A stretch of 64,000 nucleotides of DNA from assembly GCF_964355755.1 (NCBI RefSeq), contig NC_092674.1, forward strand, positions 2,480,001 through 2,544,000. The letters run 5' to 3'. Within the stretch, counting starts at the first letter, position 1, and every line of letters begins with the position of its first letter. The notes beneath the pieces are model-generated. The model did no database searches. It saw only the letters and a list, made by a program, of their open reading frames with translations, and was not told the DNA's origin. A program made the position numbers and the translations under genes. Below are positions 24,207 through 49,345 of the stretch, one piece after another. Source of the DNA: Antedon mediterranea. Its lineage: Eukaryota > Animalia > Echinodermata.

Positions 24207-25835
24207 CCAGGACAAGTGAAATCTGCAATCGATAAGTTAAACATACAAAAAGCAGGACACCCAGAAGATCTACCGATCAGATTAATTAAGGAATTCTCAT
24301 TTGAACTCTCTTATCCATTAGCGGACATTTTTAATTCTTCTTTAAATGAAGGTAATTTTCCTGAACAATGGAAAAAGGCTACTATAATACCAGTTCCTAA
24401 GGTTCCAGATGCTAATAATTGTAATGACCTTCGGCCTATATCCCTAACACCCATTTTTTCTCGGATATTTGAAAGCTTTTTAGCGGAGTGGGTAACTAAT
24501 GATATAAAAGATTCTTTAGATAGTAAGCAATTTGGTTGTCGTAGAGGCTCGTCAACTTCACACTACCTCGTAGACTTGATAAATTCTGTTGTATCTGACC
24601 TGGAGGGGGGTAGCAAATATTTAAACTTATGTGCTGTAGACTTTACGAAGGCTTTCGATCGTGTGGATCATAATGTTGTCATAAATAAATTAATATCCAT
24701 AGGAGTGAGGCCGTCCATTCTTCCTACCGTTTGTAGTTTCCTCTTAAATCGCACATGCAATACCAAAGTTAAGGGAGCCACCTCTTCAAATTCTAATATT
24801 ACTTGTGGGGTGCCCCAGGGCACGAAGTTGGGTCCCCTTCTCTTTTTGGTATTAGTCAATGATGTTGCTGAGGGAACTGACAGGCGGTGGAAATATGTGG
24901 ACGACCTCACTCTTAGTGAAGTAGTTAGAAGTAGTGATAGCCAATTGTTGCAGGACACTTTAAATCAACTTGATGATTGGTGTTTGATAAATAGAGTCCT
25001 CCCCAAGCCATCCAAGTGCAATGTGATGCGTATTTCCTTTCTAAAGTCCGACTGTCCTCCTCCCAGTTTCAATCTAAATGGCCATGATCTTAAATGTGTA
25101 AATCACATTAAACTGCTTGGTGTCACCTTGCAGGATAACCTTAAATGGGAGATGCATATTCATGATATCGTTGCTAAAGCATGTCGACGTTTGTACACTT
25201 TGATTATACTTAAGAAAGCCAAGGCGCCTTCTAAAGATTTACTACAAGTATATACTTGCTATATACGTCCTTTAGTTGAATATGCATGCCCTGTGTGGCA
25301 CAGTTCAATTACGAAAGACCAAACTAAGTCAATAGAAAGAGTTCAAAAAAGAGCTCTACGAATCATTTATGGCATGAACTATGTATCCTACGAGTCTGCT
25401 CTTAAATTGTCAGACCTTCCATCGCTAGTTAACAGAAGAGTCCAACTCTTACTGAAATTTGGTAAAGGAATAATAAAGTCCGATACATTTAGAAGCATTC
25501 TTCCACCTGTTCGTGACATTAGCAGAACCCTGAGGTCTGCGAGTAAGCCTCTACTCAAAATCCCGTTTGGTCGTACAGAAAGATTTAGATCTTCACCAGT
25601 CCCTTTTTTAGTCCGACTCATTAATGATGAATATTGAATAGGCTGGCACTATTTTAACTTACAGGTGGACCAATTTTAATGTGGTAAATTATTATTATTT
25701 TTTTTTTTAAACTAGTTTTACCTTTTATACATAATGTATTTATATATTTTTATCAAATTTTGTAAAATACTACTTTTCAGCCTTTTGGCTGCCGTTGTAT
25801 TTTGATGTCTTTTTATGAATAAATATACCTAAAAA
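24207..25835 (+). mobile_element. 5'-truncated non-LTR retrotransposon (CR1/L2/Crack group)
   Basis: Absent from unit A (empty site gagaatatacatatt). RT ORF, 3'UTR stem-loop cagcc-tttt-ggctg, AATAAA at 25818, short atac duplication. Confidence 0.9.
24216..25637 (+). CDS. LINE reverse transcriptase (ORF2 C-terminal 473 aa)
   Basis: Motifs WKKA-x3-PVPK, RPISLT, QFG, DFTKAFDRVDH, GVPQGTKLGPLLF, YVDD, KLLGV, RPLVEYACPVW, IERVQKRALR; no stops; endonuclease domain lost to truncation. Confidence 0.95.
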   Translation: MKSAIDKLNIQKAGHPEDLPIRLIKEFSFELSYPLADIFNSSLNEGNFPEQWKKATIIPVPKVPDANNCNDLRPISLTPIFSRIFESFLAEWVTNDIKDSLDSKQFGCRRGSSTSHYLVDLINSVVSDLEGGSKYLNLCAVDFTKAFDRVDHNVVINKLISIGVRPSILPTVCSFLLNRTCNTKVKGATSSNSNITCGVPQGTKLGPLLFLVLVNDVAEGTDRRWKYVDDLTLSEVVRSSDSQLLQDTLNQLDDWCLINRVLPKPSKCNVMRISFLKSDCPPPSFNLNGHDLKCVNHIKLLGVTLQDNLKWEMHIHDIVAKACRRLYTLIILKKAKAPSKDLLQVYTCYIRPLVEYACPVWHSSITKDQTKSIERVQKRALRIIYGMNYVSYESALKLSDLPSLVNRRVQLLLKFGKGIIKSDTFRSILPPVRDISRTLRSASKPLLKIPFGRTERFRSSPVPFLVRLINDEY

Positions 25836-26334
25836 ATACATATTATTAATTTATACATATTTGCTTTAATAAAACATTTTTTTTAAACAATTTACCATGA
25901 TATGCTATATATTGATAACGACTGACCGTAGATATTTTCATTTCATTTTATTTTTCCACATAAAATAAATAAAAGATCAAGATAAAAACAAACCTGGTCT
26001 TTGTTTATGTATGGAATCTCAAATAAGCCAGAAGGGCTTTAAGGCTGAGATTCCAAAAGACATTGTGCATGGTAACGTAAAATTGCTTTCTTAAAAAAAA
26101 AGAAAAGAAGACCAAACAGATTTAGATGAATATCAATATAGATAGGAAAAATTAAGATATAAATTCCATGGAGCAAACTTATTATATCTAATGAATATTA
26201 TATATTATAAATCCAAAGGCAAATTACTGAAAAAATGACAATGCTGTGAGTATCAGTGGCTGGATCTCAATGGAGATAAAAAATAAAAGCGAAAAGCTAA
26301 ACCAAAACGAGAAGTAAAACAGCCAGAAAAGTTA

Positions 26335-26372
26335 GCAGAGCTTTCGGGCAACACTAGCCCTTCATCAGTGCA
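26335..26372 (-). ncRNA. Minimal type I hammerhead ribozyme motif, copy 2
   Basis: Identical to 13830-13867. Confidence 0.7.
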
Positions 26373-27049
26373 TATATTTTTTTACACAAAGTAAGGTTGG
26401 TGATAATAAAGTTAAATTATCCCATAAAATAATTTTTCCTGCTATATATATTTTACAGATATACAAGTTTTTGGCACACATTTTTCAGAATATACATTTA
26501 TTTTCGTATAATGAGATTTTGTCACAATTGTGAAGTAAATTATATTGACCTTTACTTTTAAACATCGTAGCTAACCTATTAATCTCCTCCACACATAATT
26601 GTCAAATCAATTCCCGTTCACAAGTAAATACAAAGTAGGCTAAAATTGTTGAATTTACAAAAATGCAGTAAAACGAATTATATCTCTATAAGTGCAATTA
26701 TTATACTTTGTTATTTCTTTTGTCTTGTTTGATTTATGTTAGATAATTATTTATGTATTATGAATTGTAATTATCCAATTTAATATACTGATTTCAATAA
26801 AGATTATTTAAAGGTAAAAAATCGACAATACTGAAATTGAAAATGGTGAATTTAGGCCTTTAGATTGATACCAACTAAAAACAAGCACTCAGAGTGAAAC
26901 AAAGGCCACCTAGTATTTATTCTCTTATAATTAATAAATTAAATAATTTGTACCGATATCAAATATTTTTGGCCCCATGAACTTAGCGTGCAGTGAATTC
27001 TTATACTGTAGTGCTATGCATGTAAGTTGAGTTAGTTGACGCATTCTCC

Positions 27050-27188
27050 ATGAATAGTTGACGTTGGTTTGTGGATGTTGACGCAGTAGCGTCGCTGTTT
27101 CCTTCGATAGATACATGAGGCTTTTTTCGTTTTTCGTCGGCTGTTGGAACACGTGGTTAATCAACAGCTTCATACTTGGGGAGCAGAA
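27050..27188 (+). promoter_or_regulatory. DKC1 promoter/5'UTR region with a canonical E-box
   Basis: CpG-enriched patch directly upstream of the ATG; CACGTG at 27150-27155; pyrimidine run cttttttcgtttttc at 27121. Confidence 0.55.
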
Positions 27189-40385
<13,197 letters not shown>

Positions 40386-42057
40386 TTAAAAATGTTCACA
40401 CTATCTTAATACAGCCTGGATAACAGTTGTCTCTCAAATAAAATTGTTAGAAAAAAATATTTTTAAATGACGAAGGGACTTCATAAAAAATGGATATAAT
40501 GCCTGGGAATAGTTCACACCATTTAAAAAATATAACATGTTACTGAAAATTTCACTCATCAATTGTCAAAATATGTTTTAAATGTGTAATATTCATCAGT
40601 ACACATTTTGACATATACAGTATCATATTTTCTTGACTTTAACAAAATAATTCCAAAGTTGATATGGATTGTACTTGTGTGTTTTGTATAAATGTATGGA
40701 TAGCTTACGACACAATGTGTGTGTGTACACAAAAGGAATAATCATTGGTGTGTTATTCTAAAAGAAAGTATAATAATGAGAGAGACCAAAAAAAGTTGAT
40801 AAAATATAACGACCTGTATAAATGATATGTATATCACAGTACCACCTCAAGAATCGGTGGATTGTTAGTACGTCTATTTTAACTAATATGCTTAATTTTA
40901 AAGAAATTTTCCGTCAATTCATACAGAAGTTATGTATAGTATTTTAATGTCCATTTAAGCAATCTGTAATGGAGACAACTTTTAAGAATTGTGAAACTAT
41001 CATTTATGGAAGTTATTCCCGTTTTAAAGTTGGGATCAGTTGAGGTGCTACAAATATTCCATATGTTCCAGTTGGGATAAGCTTATGCTAATTACTTACT
41101 TGTTTCCGGAGCTCAGCATTGCTGGGTCCGGAGTGGGAGTATCTGAGTTGTTTGTGATCATGTATTGTGATTATTGTGATCATGTACTACGGTAGAGTTA
41201 ATATCAGTTTGCTTTATTTGGCAACAATTTGTTTGTAAATACAGTAGTTAAGATTATCATTTTTAGTTTTAAACTCTAAAAAGTTAAATGATATTTTAGT
41301 TTAATTATAAGATTTTAAAATAAATTTAACTTTCAAACCACATCTTTCATTTATATTTAATTAATTGTTGATTTAGTGATGTAGGCATCCAGCTAATTAT
41401 GTTGTACAGAAAGTGGCATATTTGGAGGGTATCCCTGAGTTTATTGTATGTTGAGAGTGCGCCCTCTATATAACATTGAATCGCGCTTGCTACTTTTTCA
41501 CTGGTGGTGGTTGTTCCTAAGCTCTGTCTACACTATCAAACTTTATGGGACAAAAATGTGATGTGCCCATATATATAAACATGATGTCATATCACTACTA
41601 TATTTGGGGATATCATTACCATATTAATTATTATAAAGCGCATCACACTTTTTTGTCAAACTAGTTTGATAGTGTAGACAGAGCTTTAGAATTAATCAAA
41701 TGGAGGAAAATAAGAAAGAAAACTAACAAAAAATAAAGATACACTATAGGCCTAGATTAAATATATTTTTTTGCCCTATATACACCAATGTTCAACAAAA
41801 TACACAGATATCATGTCAAAACGGAACTTGCAAGGTAGTTAGATAGAAGGAACCTCCATTATATTGGATAATACAAGGAATCTGTATCTGTAAATAATAC
41901 ATTATTAACCTGCAGTGGTACAAAAATATAAATCTACAAAAATACGCAGAATACTTTCTAGCTGTAAATGATGTAGAGAGTTCACTTTTGGTAAAATAGG
42001 AGTTTTCTGAAGATCGTCTCGTAGCATGTTTTCCAGGCACGTAGTACACGCGTCTTC

Positions 42058-42430
42058 TCCGATACGCGTTGACAACGCACTTCCGCTACGCATTGACAAC
42101 GCACTTCCGATACGCGTTCACAACGCACTTCCGATACGCGTTTACATGTATAGGCCTACAGCAGTGCGTACGAATATATAAATGACGGACAATATTTTTA
42201 CGAATATAGTATATTGAATATACATTTATTTTATTCTAATACTAATAGATTGACTTTTTTATTTCTTTATTTATTTATAAAAATTAATATAAAGAATGTT
42301 GATATGTTATCTAACAATTTAATTATTTTTATAAGAAAGTGCATCATCTCATGATTTCCATTACCTTATTACGCATGCGCCGCATCTTGGAATGTATGTA
42401 ATTCCTTCATGAACAAAAATGGCCGCTCAT
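42058..42430 (+). promoter_or_regulatory. Probable NALF promoter with tandem ETS sites, NRF1-like and YY1-like motifs
   Basis: Three 24-bp repeats each with CACTTCCG (42078, 42102, 42126); acgcatgcgc at 42371; aaaatggccgc at 42416; 370-730 bp upstream of the ATG. Confidence 0.55.
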
Positions 42431-42792
42431 ACCACTGTGGTTTCGTGGTGCGTTAGGAGAATTAAAAGGTGTATTCTAGAGTTATTGTAGTGCAATTTTC
42501 TGCTAGATTTGTCTTGAATAATTAACGTAATTCGTCTTTCAAAGTTTATCAAATAGTAACATCTACCACATTAGTGTAAGCTCTCTGAGATAAGGATGTG
42601 TTTTTCCCAGTGAATTTGTTTGCGGTTCGTGAGTATGATTCTTTGTGCAGTCCGACTGTCTTCTATCGAGTACAGTGGTAACGCTATTGGGAGGAGAACA
42701 GAATTCGACGAAAAAGTATCAATTAAATGCCTTGATTTATCAGGCTAGATTTACATGCGAAGAATACGCGGTACCACCGAGCCCTTCAAAAT

Positions 42793-45700
42793 ATGACTTT
42801 TGCGTCTGGTGGTAACCATGGAATTTTTATCTTTGCGAGGTTTTTCGTTCGGTGTAGAAATTGGAGGCGGAAGGATCACCACATACGTAGGAAAACATGT
42901 AGACCGACGACTAATTCACCCGGTTTTTTGTCACCCTTGTTATTTGGATTATCTCTCATATTTTGGAATATATTTGGAGTTTGTGCATCAACAGGAATAA
43001 CTACAATGAGTAATTCAAATAATCCAACACATTCTACATCAAAATTAAACAATAATAACACTCAAGAATTAATAACAACAGAACCAGAGGAATCATCTAA
43101 TCAAACTTGTGATGATAATAAAACTAAAACGTGTACTAATAAAAATAATACAAATAGTAACTTAACTAATATTATAACGTACGACGAGACAACTACATAT
43201 CAGTACCACATGACAACGTGGAAGCCACAATGTGATTTGGATTTTACTGTGTGCAACAACAGTACAAATAATACGGAGGTATTAAAAACTGCGTGTGAAA
43301 ATTATACCTGCATATACAATAAAGTGGGTGAAGATGAGATGGAGGATTCCGGGGTTTGTGTTGCACATAAGTGCCTACAGCTTGAATACACAGAATGTGC
43401 TGATTGTCTATGTCAACGTAAGGATGCTGACATTACGGCGCAAAAACATTTAACTGAATTTAATGATATTTTAAAGCGGGTTGATTGCAAACGCCCTTAT
43501 TCTTTATGGAATTGTACACATTGTTTAGTAAGTATATATATAATATAATGCGACATTTATATAGCGCTATTTCGTAAAGATCAGAGCGCTTTGAGTGTTG
43601 GCATACATCAAAATTTATCAATCGTATGTTAACATATGTGTATGTTTTAAAAAATTTAATGTCAGTAAAATTATAAAAATGATCACCTATTCATCAAAGG
43701 GACGAATTAAGTTCTAGTTGATTATTAAAATGATCTAGACTCTGAACAGGAAATAGGCTAACCAAAGACAACCTGTTAATGACAATAACAAAATTAAACA
43801 ATTGTTGGCTAGTCAGCCACGGCGTGATTGGCTCTCTCTTTGTCAGCCGCGATGTTATTGGCTCTCTTTGTGGTCAGCCGCGACGTGATTGGCTCTCTTC
43901 GTGGTCAGTTGTGACGTGATTGGCTCTCTTCGTGGTCAGTCGTGACGTGATTGGCTCTCTCGTGGACAGAAATTACACTTTAAAAATTCGTTTTCCAGGC
44001 TTGAACCTAACTCTCCCAACACTACCACCAAATAATAGAAAAACAACAATTTAAAATGTATCATGCCAGACTGAAACACTCATCATGTAGCGTGAAAATC
44101 CTTGGTTTATTGAAAACCAAAATACTGCATCGTGCGTTACCCGGTCGATTAATAGTGTTGATGTTGATCATATGTTTTTTTTTCACCAATCACACTTTTT
44201 TAAGTGAGATATTTTCCTCTATATATTAAGTATTTCACTTTACTCAATAAATGTTTATATATTTCCCTTAAATTGTATTCCCTTAGATAGGTGATTTTTT
44301 AAATTTTAAGAGCAAGTGTTTCCCTTAGGAGAGCGCTCTCTGGCAGATCCAAGGGGAGCGCGCTGGTCAGATCCAAGGAGAGTGCTCTCGGGCAGATCCA
44401 AAGAGCGCGCTCTCGGGCAGATCCAAGGAGAGCACTCTCGGGCAGATCCAAGGAGCGCGCTCTCGGGCAAATCCAAGAAGAGCGCTTTCGCGCAGATCCA
44501 AGTAGAGCGCTTTCGTGCAGATCCAAGTGGAGCGCTCGGTAACGTGATTGTTAAGTTATCGAATTGTGTTAGATGAATACATTGCACAGTGTTCTTATTT
44601 ATTGCCAATTAAATCTACATTTCAAAAACACGACATAAACAAAAAGCAAAGACTGATTTGGTACGTAGGCAGGGTAAAAAAATCGCTATAAACACCTAAT
44701 CCGGTCTGGCTCCAGTTCACATTTTCATCATATCAAATAAAACGATTGTCGCGCGGTATGTTGCGAAAACGAAGAATTGAGATGGGATTTTATTTGCCGG
44801 AGCCAGATTGTAGTCGGAACCGGAGCCGGACCGGAGCAGATGTTCAAGACCCTTAACATTCAAGTTCAAACAGATAGTTGATTTTTTTTTTACCAACCCC
44901 CACAAAATTTTCGTAATTATACTATTTTTATCAAGCGTATCCATGTAGGCCACAAGTGGCTGTAAAAATTATCATGATTTGAATATGAATTTTTATTTTA
45001 GATTTCATACAGTGTATTAATATTCATGGATTATACTTGGTTTGCTGCTGTATAATGAATACATAATGTGATTTGCTTAGCAAACTGGTATTGGTACTAA
45101 ACGCTTAGTCAGTCATCATTACAAACTGCTTATCTGTGTAGACAATATTCATTATCATAATTCTGTGTTCTGGTTTATAAAAAGTCTATAGTTCACGGAT
45201 TTAGTTTACGATATCTCATTAAAAAAACCAGGCCTGACCCAAGAGTAGTATGAAATCAATAGGCAGCATCAACCTTGTTGATTATAGGCCAATGTCATGG
45301 CATGGCTAAGCTCTTGTCAAACCATGGTACTCACAGGGGAAATGTGTTGCCAGATTGTGCTGGTAACTGCTCTCTACTCACTGTATCTGTACAGTTAGCC
45401 TAGACAACTCATTATGCATGCAAAGTGATACCAACACATTTTAATTAAGTAATCAATGCAAACAATTACAATAGTTGAATTTTTGTCGTTCATGAAGGCC
45501 TAATTCAGGAATTAATTCAAAATGCATGTTTTGACCCACATATATCTTTGTTGGTGGGGTGGTTGGATGTTACGTCAATTCCCCATTCCCCCCTGCTATT
45601 TTTTCAATCATTGATCCGCCACTGCCAGATTTTATATAAAACAATTTTGAAAAAACAATTAATAAAATAATTTTCTGTACAATTTTTTGCAAGTTGTGCG

Positions 45701-48700
45701 GTAATAATGAACACTCATTTTAATTTGATAACTTGTCTCATTTAAATTTGTACAAGTTGTTAGGAACAACACAATGTTATCATAGCCAAACCTCATTAAG
45801 AGCAGATTGTATTATCAAGAATATAAATTTTCTGTGCGTGTTGAAAGTTGATGGAGAAATTGTCATTGGCATTCTCAATGTTGTCTGGAGCTTGTGTCGC
45901 GTTGAGACTGCCAATTTGGAATTGAGGGGCAGATCAAGCCGGATGGCACTTGAGGTGTGTGATCCACATTTTAATTGCTACAATTTATTTATGTATCAAC
46001 TACTTTGATACCTATTTCTGACTGTTAAAATTAAATGTTAGTGCTCCTTTATTTATGAATAGAATTTCAAACTCAATTGTTTTTATAAAGTACAAAGAAT
46101 TAGAAATGTTTTCATACTGTATCCTTACTAAGTACCTTTAGTGAGTTTTCACGATTATTAGAATGGTGAATTAAATAAACACCAAATTTGTAGATTTCAA
46201 CCTCCGTGCTTCAACGATTCTATTGGTCAGTTTATAATATTGACCATTGGTCTTCAACCAATTTAGTTGGTCTCAATGATGTCATTGCAATAAAAATCTG
46301 CTGAAATGTTTTGTGGGCATTTTTTGTTAACATTTTCGTATTATTTCTCATGGCTATTTCCGTATTTTCTCATTGGACAGAAATATCTACAACACAGCCA
46401 TCACATTGTTTTAACGTTGTTAATTCAAAAGCTGTCTTATGTCACGATAACATTAGTGTTTGATCACAGCATGTTGTACTGTACCTTTACAAGGGAAACC
46501 TTGTGTAAGGGACTCGCTTAGAAAATTTTAACCAAACTGAAATATATTTAAGCCGATCTAAACTTGCACTTTGCTAATTTTATATTTCCATAAAAAAAAA
46601 ATATATTGTATTTTTTCAAAATAGAGGTAAATTTAATAATTTTTTTATGAAACTTTTGTACATTTTGTATACAGATACTTAATTTTCCTTTATCTGAATG
46701 TGCTATGTTTTATGTATTGTATATTGACTACTGTATGATTAATATATTGATAATAATTATTGTTGTTATTTAATACACTACACATCCTGAATGATTGACA
46801 TGATACTGATGGTTGTTCTTTTATATTCTCACCGCTATAGGAAGTCTGACAAAGAAGCCAAAAATATTTATCATTTTAGGAGAGGAATAAATAAATAACA
46901 TATACTATGTATGATCTTTCTTCAGGCTGTATATAAACATTGGATATGTGCAACGCAAGGTTTATACCAAGAAGATGAAAGTAAGCCGTGTCTTGCTATG
47001 TGTACATCAGTCATGTCCAACTGTCCTTATCTTGTACCACACAAGCTTTACGGAGGATCCCCATCATTTCAATGTCCAAGTAAGTTCTGTTTTGCAACGT
47101 CAAAACATTGCGCAAACCATTTGTTAAAGTCGTGTTTGGTTTGGAGGAGGTCTGCAAAATGTTTGTTTAGTTTTGTGCAATTTACGCTAGATTTGCATAA
47201 TTTATGCTAGATTTGCGCAGTTTACGATAGGTTTGCGCAGTTTACGATAGGTTTGCGCAGTTTACGATAGGTTTGCGCAGTTTGCGATAGGTTTGCGCAG
47301 TTTGCGATAGGTTTGCGCAGTTTGCGATAGGTTTGCGCAGTTTGCGATAGGTTTGCGCAGTTTGCGATAGGTTTGCGCAGTTTGCGATAGGTTTGCGCAG
47401 TTTGCGATAGGTTTGCGCAGCTTGCGATAGGTTTGCGCAGCTTGCGATAGGTTTGCGCAGCTTGCGATAGGTTTGCGCAGCTTGCGATAGGTTTGCGCAG
47501 CTTGCGATAGGTTTGCGCAGCTTGCGATAGGTTTGCGCAGCTTGCGATAGGTTTGCGCAGCTTGCGATAGGTTTGCGCAGCTTGCGATAGGTTTGCGCAG
47601 TTTGCGATAGGTTTGCGCAGTTTGCGATAGGTTTGCGCAGTTTGCGATAGGTTTGCGCAGTTTGCGATAGGTTTGCGCAGTTTGCGATAGGTTTGCGCAG
47701 TTTGCGATAGGTTTGCGCAGCTTGCGATAGGTTTGCGCAGCTTGCGATAGGTTTGCGCAGCTTGCGATAGGTTTGCGCAGCTTGCGATAGGTTTGCGCAG
47801 CTTGCGATAGGTTTGCGCAGCTTGCGATAGGTTTGCGCAGCTTGCGATAGGTTTGCGCAGCTTGCGATAGGTTTGCGCAGCTTGCGATAGGTTTGCGCAG
47901 CTTGCGATAGGTTTGCGCAGCTTGCGATAGGTTTGCGCAGCTTGCGATAGGTTTGCGCAGTTTGCGATAGGTTTGCGCAGTTTGCGATAGGTTTGCGCAG
48001 TTTGCGATAGGTTTGCGCAGTTTGCGATAGGTTTGCGCAGTTTGCGATAGGTTTGCGCAGTTTGCGATAGGTTTGCGCAGTTTACGATAGGTTTGCGCAG
48101 TTTACGATAAGTTTGCGCAGTTTACGATAAGTTTGCGCAGTTTACGATAAGTTTGCGCAGTTTAAGCTAGGTTTGAAGAAATAAATGGAGTACAAAGCAA
48201 AAATTCAAATGAATCTTAACAACAATATAATACATACAAGTACACCGTATATCAAATCATTAAAAAGTCGTTAAAATTCTTTAAAATGCCATAAGACCCA
48301 GATTCAGTCATAATCCAAGGCATGCGGTAATCATTAATTCATTCATTATTATTAATGTTATAAATCTACAAAGTTTTAGTTTTAGAAGCTTTATTCATTC
48401 TGTCAATAATGTTAGGGATGGTAGAGCGTTTCCAACGATTAGTTAATTATATGATGATATATGTATTGATATCTTCTTTATGTTAAATTTTTCAGAATTT
48501 TCAGATTTAACTCTTAATCATACATATGCAAGTCAGAAAGGAAAATGCTTCACATGTAATAACACACAAGCGAACACTTCCACACCGTGTTTATTGAGCA
48601 CACAAGCTACAAATCATTCTCACAGATTCACTTCCAAGTTTGGTTTACTCGTTTGGCTCGTTTTTCTGATGAGAATTTTTGTATATTTTAACACGGAAAG

Positions 48701-48710
48701 TTATTTATAG
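42793..48710 (+). CDS. NALF1: NALCN channel auxiliary factor (NALF/FAM155/NLF-1 family), 3 exons, ~367 aa
   Basis: Exons 42793-43527, 46926-47079 and 48496(or 48505)-48710, in phase. N-terminal hydrophobic segment, Cys-rich domain F-x3-L-x3-DC-x3-YS-x3-C-x2-C-x3-YKHWIC...PC-x3-C-x2-V-x3-CPY...YGG-x-PSF-x-C, C-terminal hydrophobic segment. Confidence 0.85.
43815..43965. repeat. ~30-bp tandem repeat carrying ATTGG (CCAAT) boxes
   Basis: About 5 units of cgtgattggctctcttcgtggtcag. Confidence 0.85.
44326..44540. repeat. ~21-25 bp GC-rich tandem repeat
   Basis: About 9 units of gcgctctcgggcagatccaaggag(a); explains the overlapping ORFs at 44299-44608. Confidence 0.9.
47200..48175. repeat. 20-bp minisatellite (gtttgcgcagYttRcgatag), ~48 units, in NALF intron 2
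   Basis: Exact 20-bp periodicity visible across lines 47221-48121. Confidence 0.98.
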
Positions 48711-48769
48711 CAAAAGATGTCCTTATAGAAATTGGCATGATCTCTTTAGTGTTCTCCTGGCTTGTGGGC

Positions 48770-49345
48770 GCAGAGCTCTCCAGTTACAGATGATCAGTCC
48801 TTCAATGTACCAAACTCTCCAGTTCAACACAATTCTTAAAGGAACAGAGCTCTCCAGATCAAACTGCAGTTTGTATGAGGTCTACATTCTTAACGAACAG
48901 AGCTCTCCAGATCAAACTGCAGTTTTTATGAGGTCTACATTCTTAAGGAACAGAGCTCTCCAGATCAAACTGCAGTTTGTATGAGGTCTAAATTCTTAAG
49001 GAACAGAGCTCTCCAGATCAAACTGCAGTTTGTATGAGGTTTCATTCTAAAATAACAGAGCTCTCGAGATCAAACTGCAGTTTGTATGAGGTCTATATTA
49101 TTAAGGAACAGAGCTCTCCAGATCAAACTGCAGTTTTTATGAGGTCTATATTCTTAGGGAACAGAGGTCTCCAGATCAAACTGCAGTTTTTATGAGGTCT
49201 ACATTCTTAAAGAACAGAGCTCTCCAGATCAACAGTAATTTGTATAAGGTTTTAAATCCTTCAGAAGGTACAAAGCTCTCCATGTCGGTACCAGGTCTTT
49301 AGGAATTGAAATTCGTCTGGAGACAGGGCTCTCCAGATCAAAGTT
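48770..49345. repeat. ~53-bp tandem repeat just downstream of the NALF stop codon
   Basis: About 8 good units of ggaacagagctctccagatcaaactgcagtttgtatgaggtctacattcttaa plus degenerate flanks. Confidence 0.92.

Larger units (their letters stand above)
14365..26716 (+). repeat. Tandem segmental duplication, unit B (~12.3 kb including insertions)
   Basis: Matches unit A apart from insertions at 14833-15161, 18887-23260, 23339-23403 and 24207-25835, plus smaller indels. Confidence 0.95.

Noticed and set aside
44299-44608. Three overlapping ORFs with repeated LLGSARE/LDLPES peptides
   Set aside because: Products of the 21-25 bp tandem repeat.
47200-48175. Regular repeat arrays (also 40000-40250, 48770-49345, 58910-59370) as CRISPR-like
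   Set aside because: Head-to-tail units without unique spacers, no cas genes, eukaryotic context.
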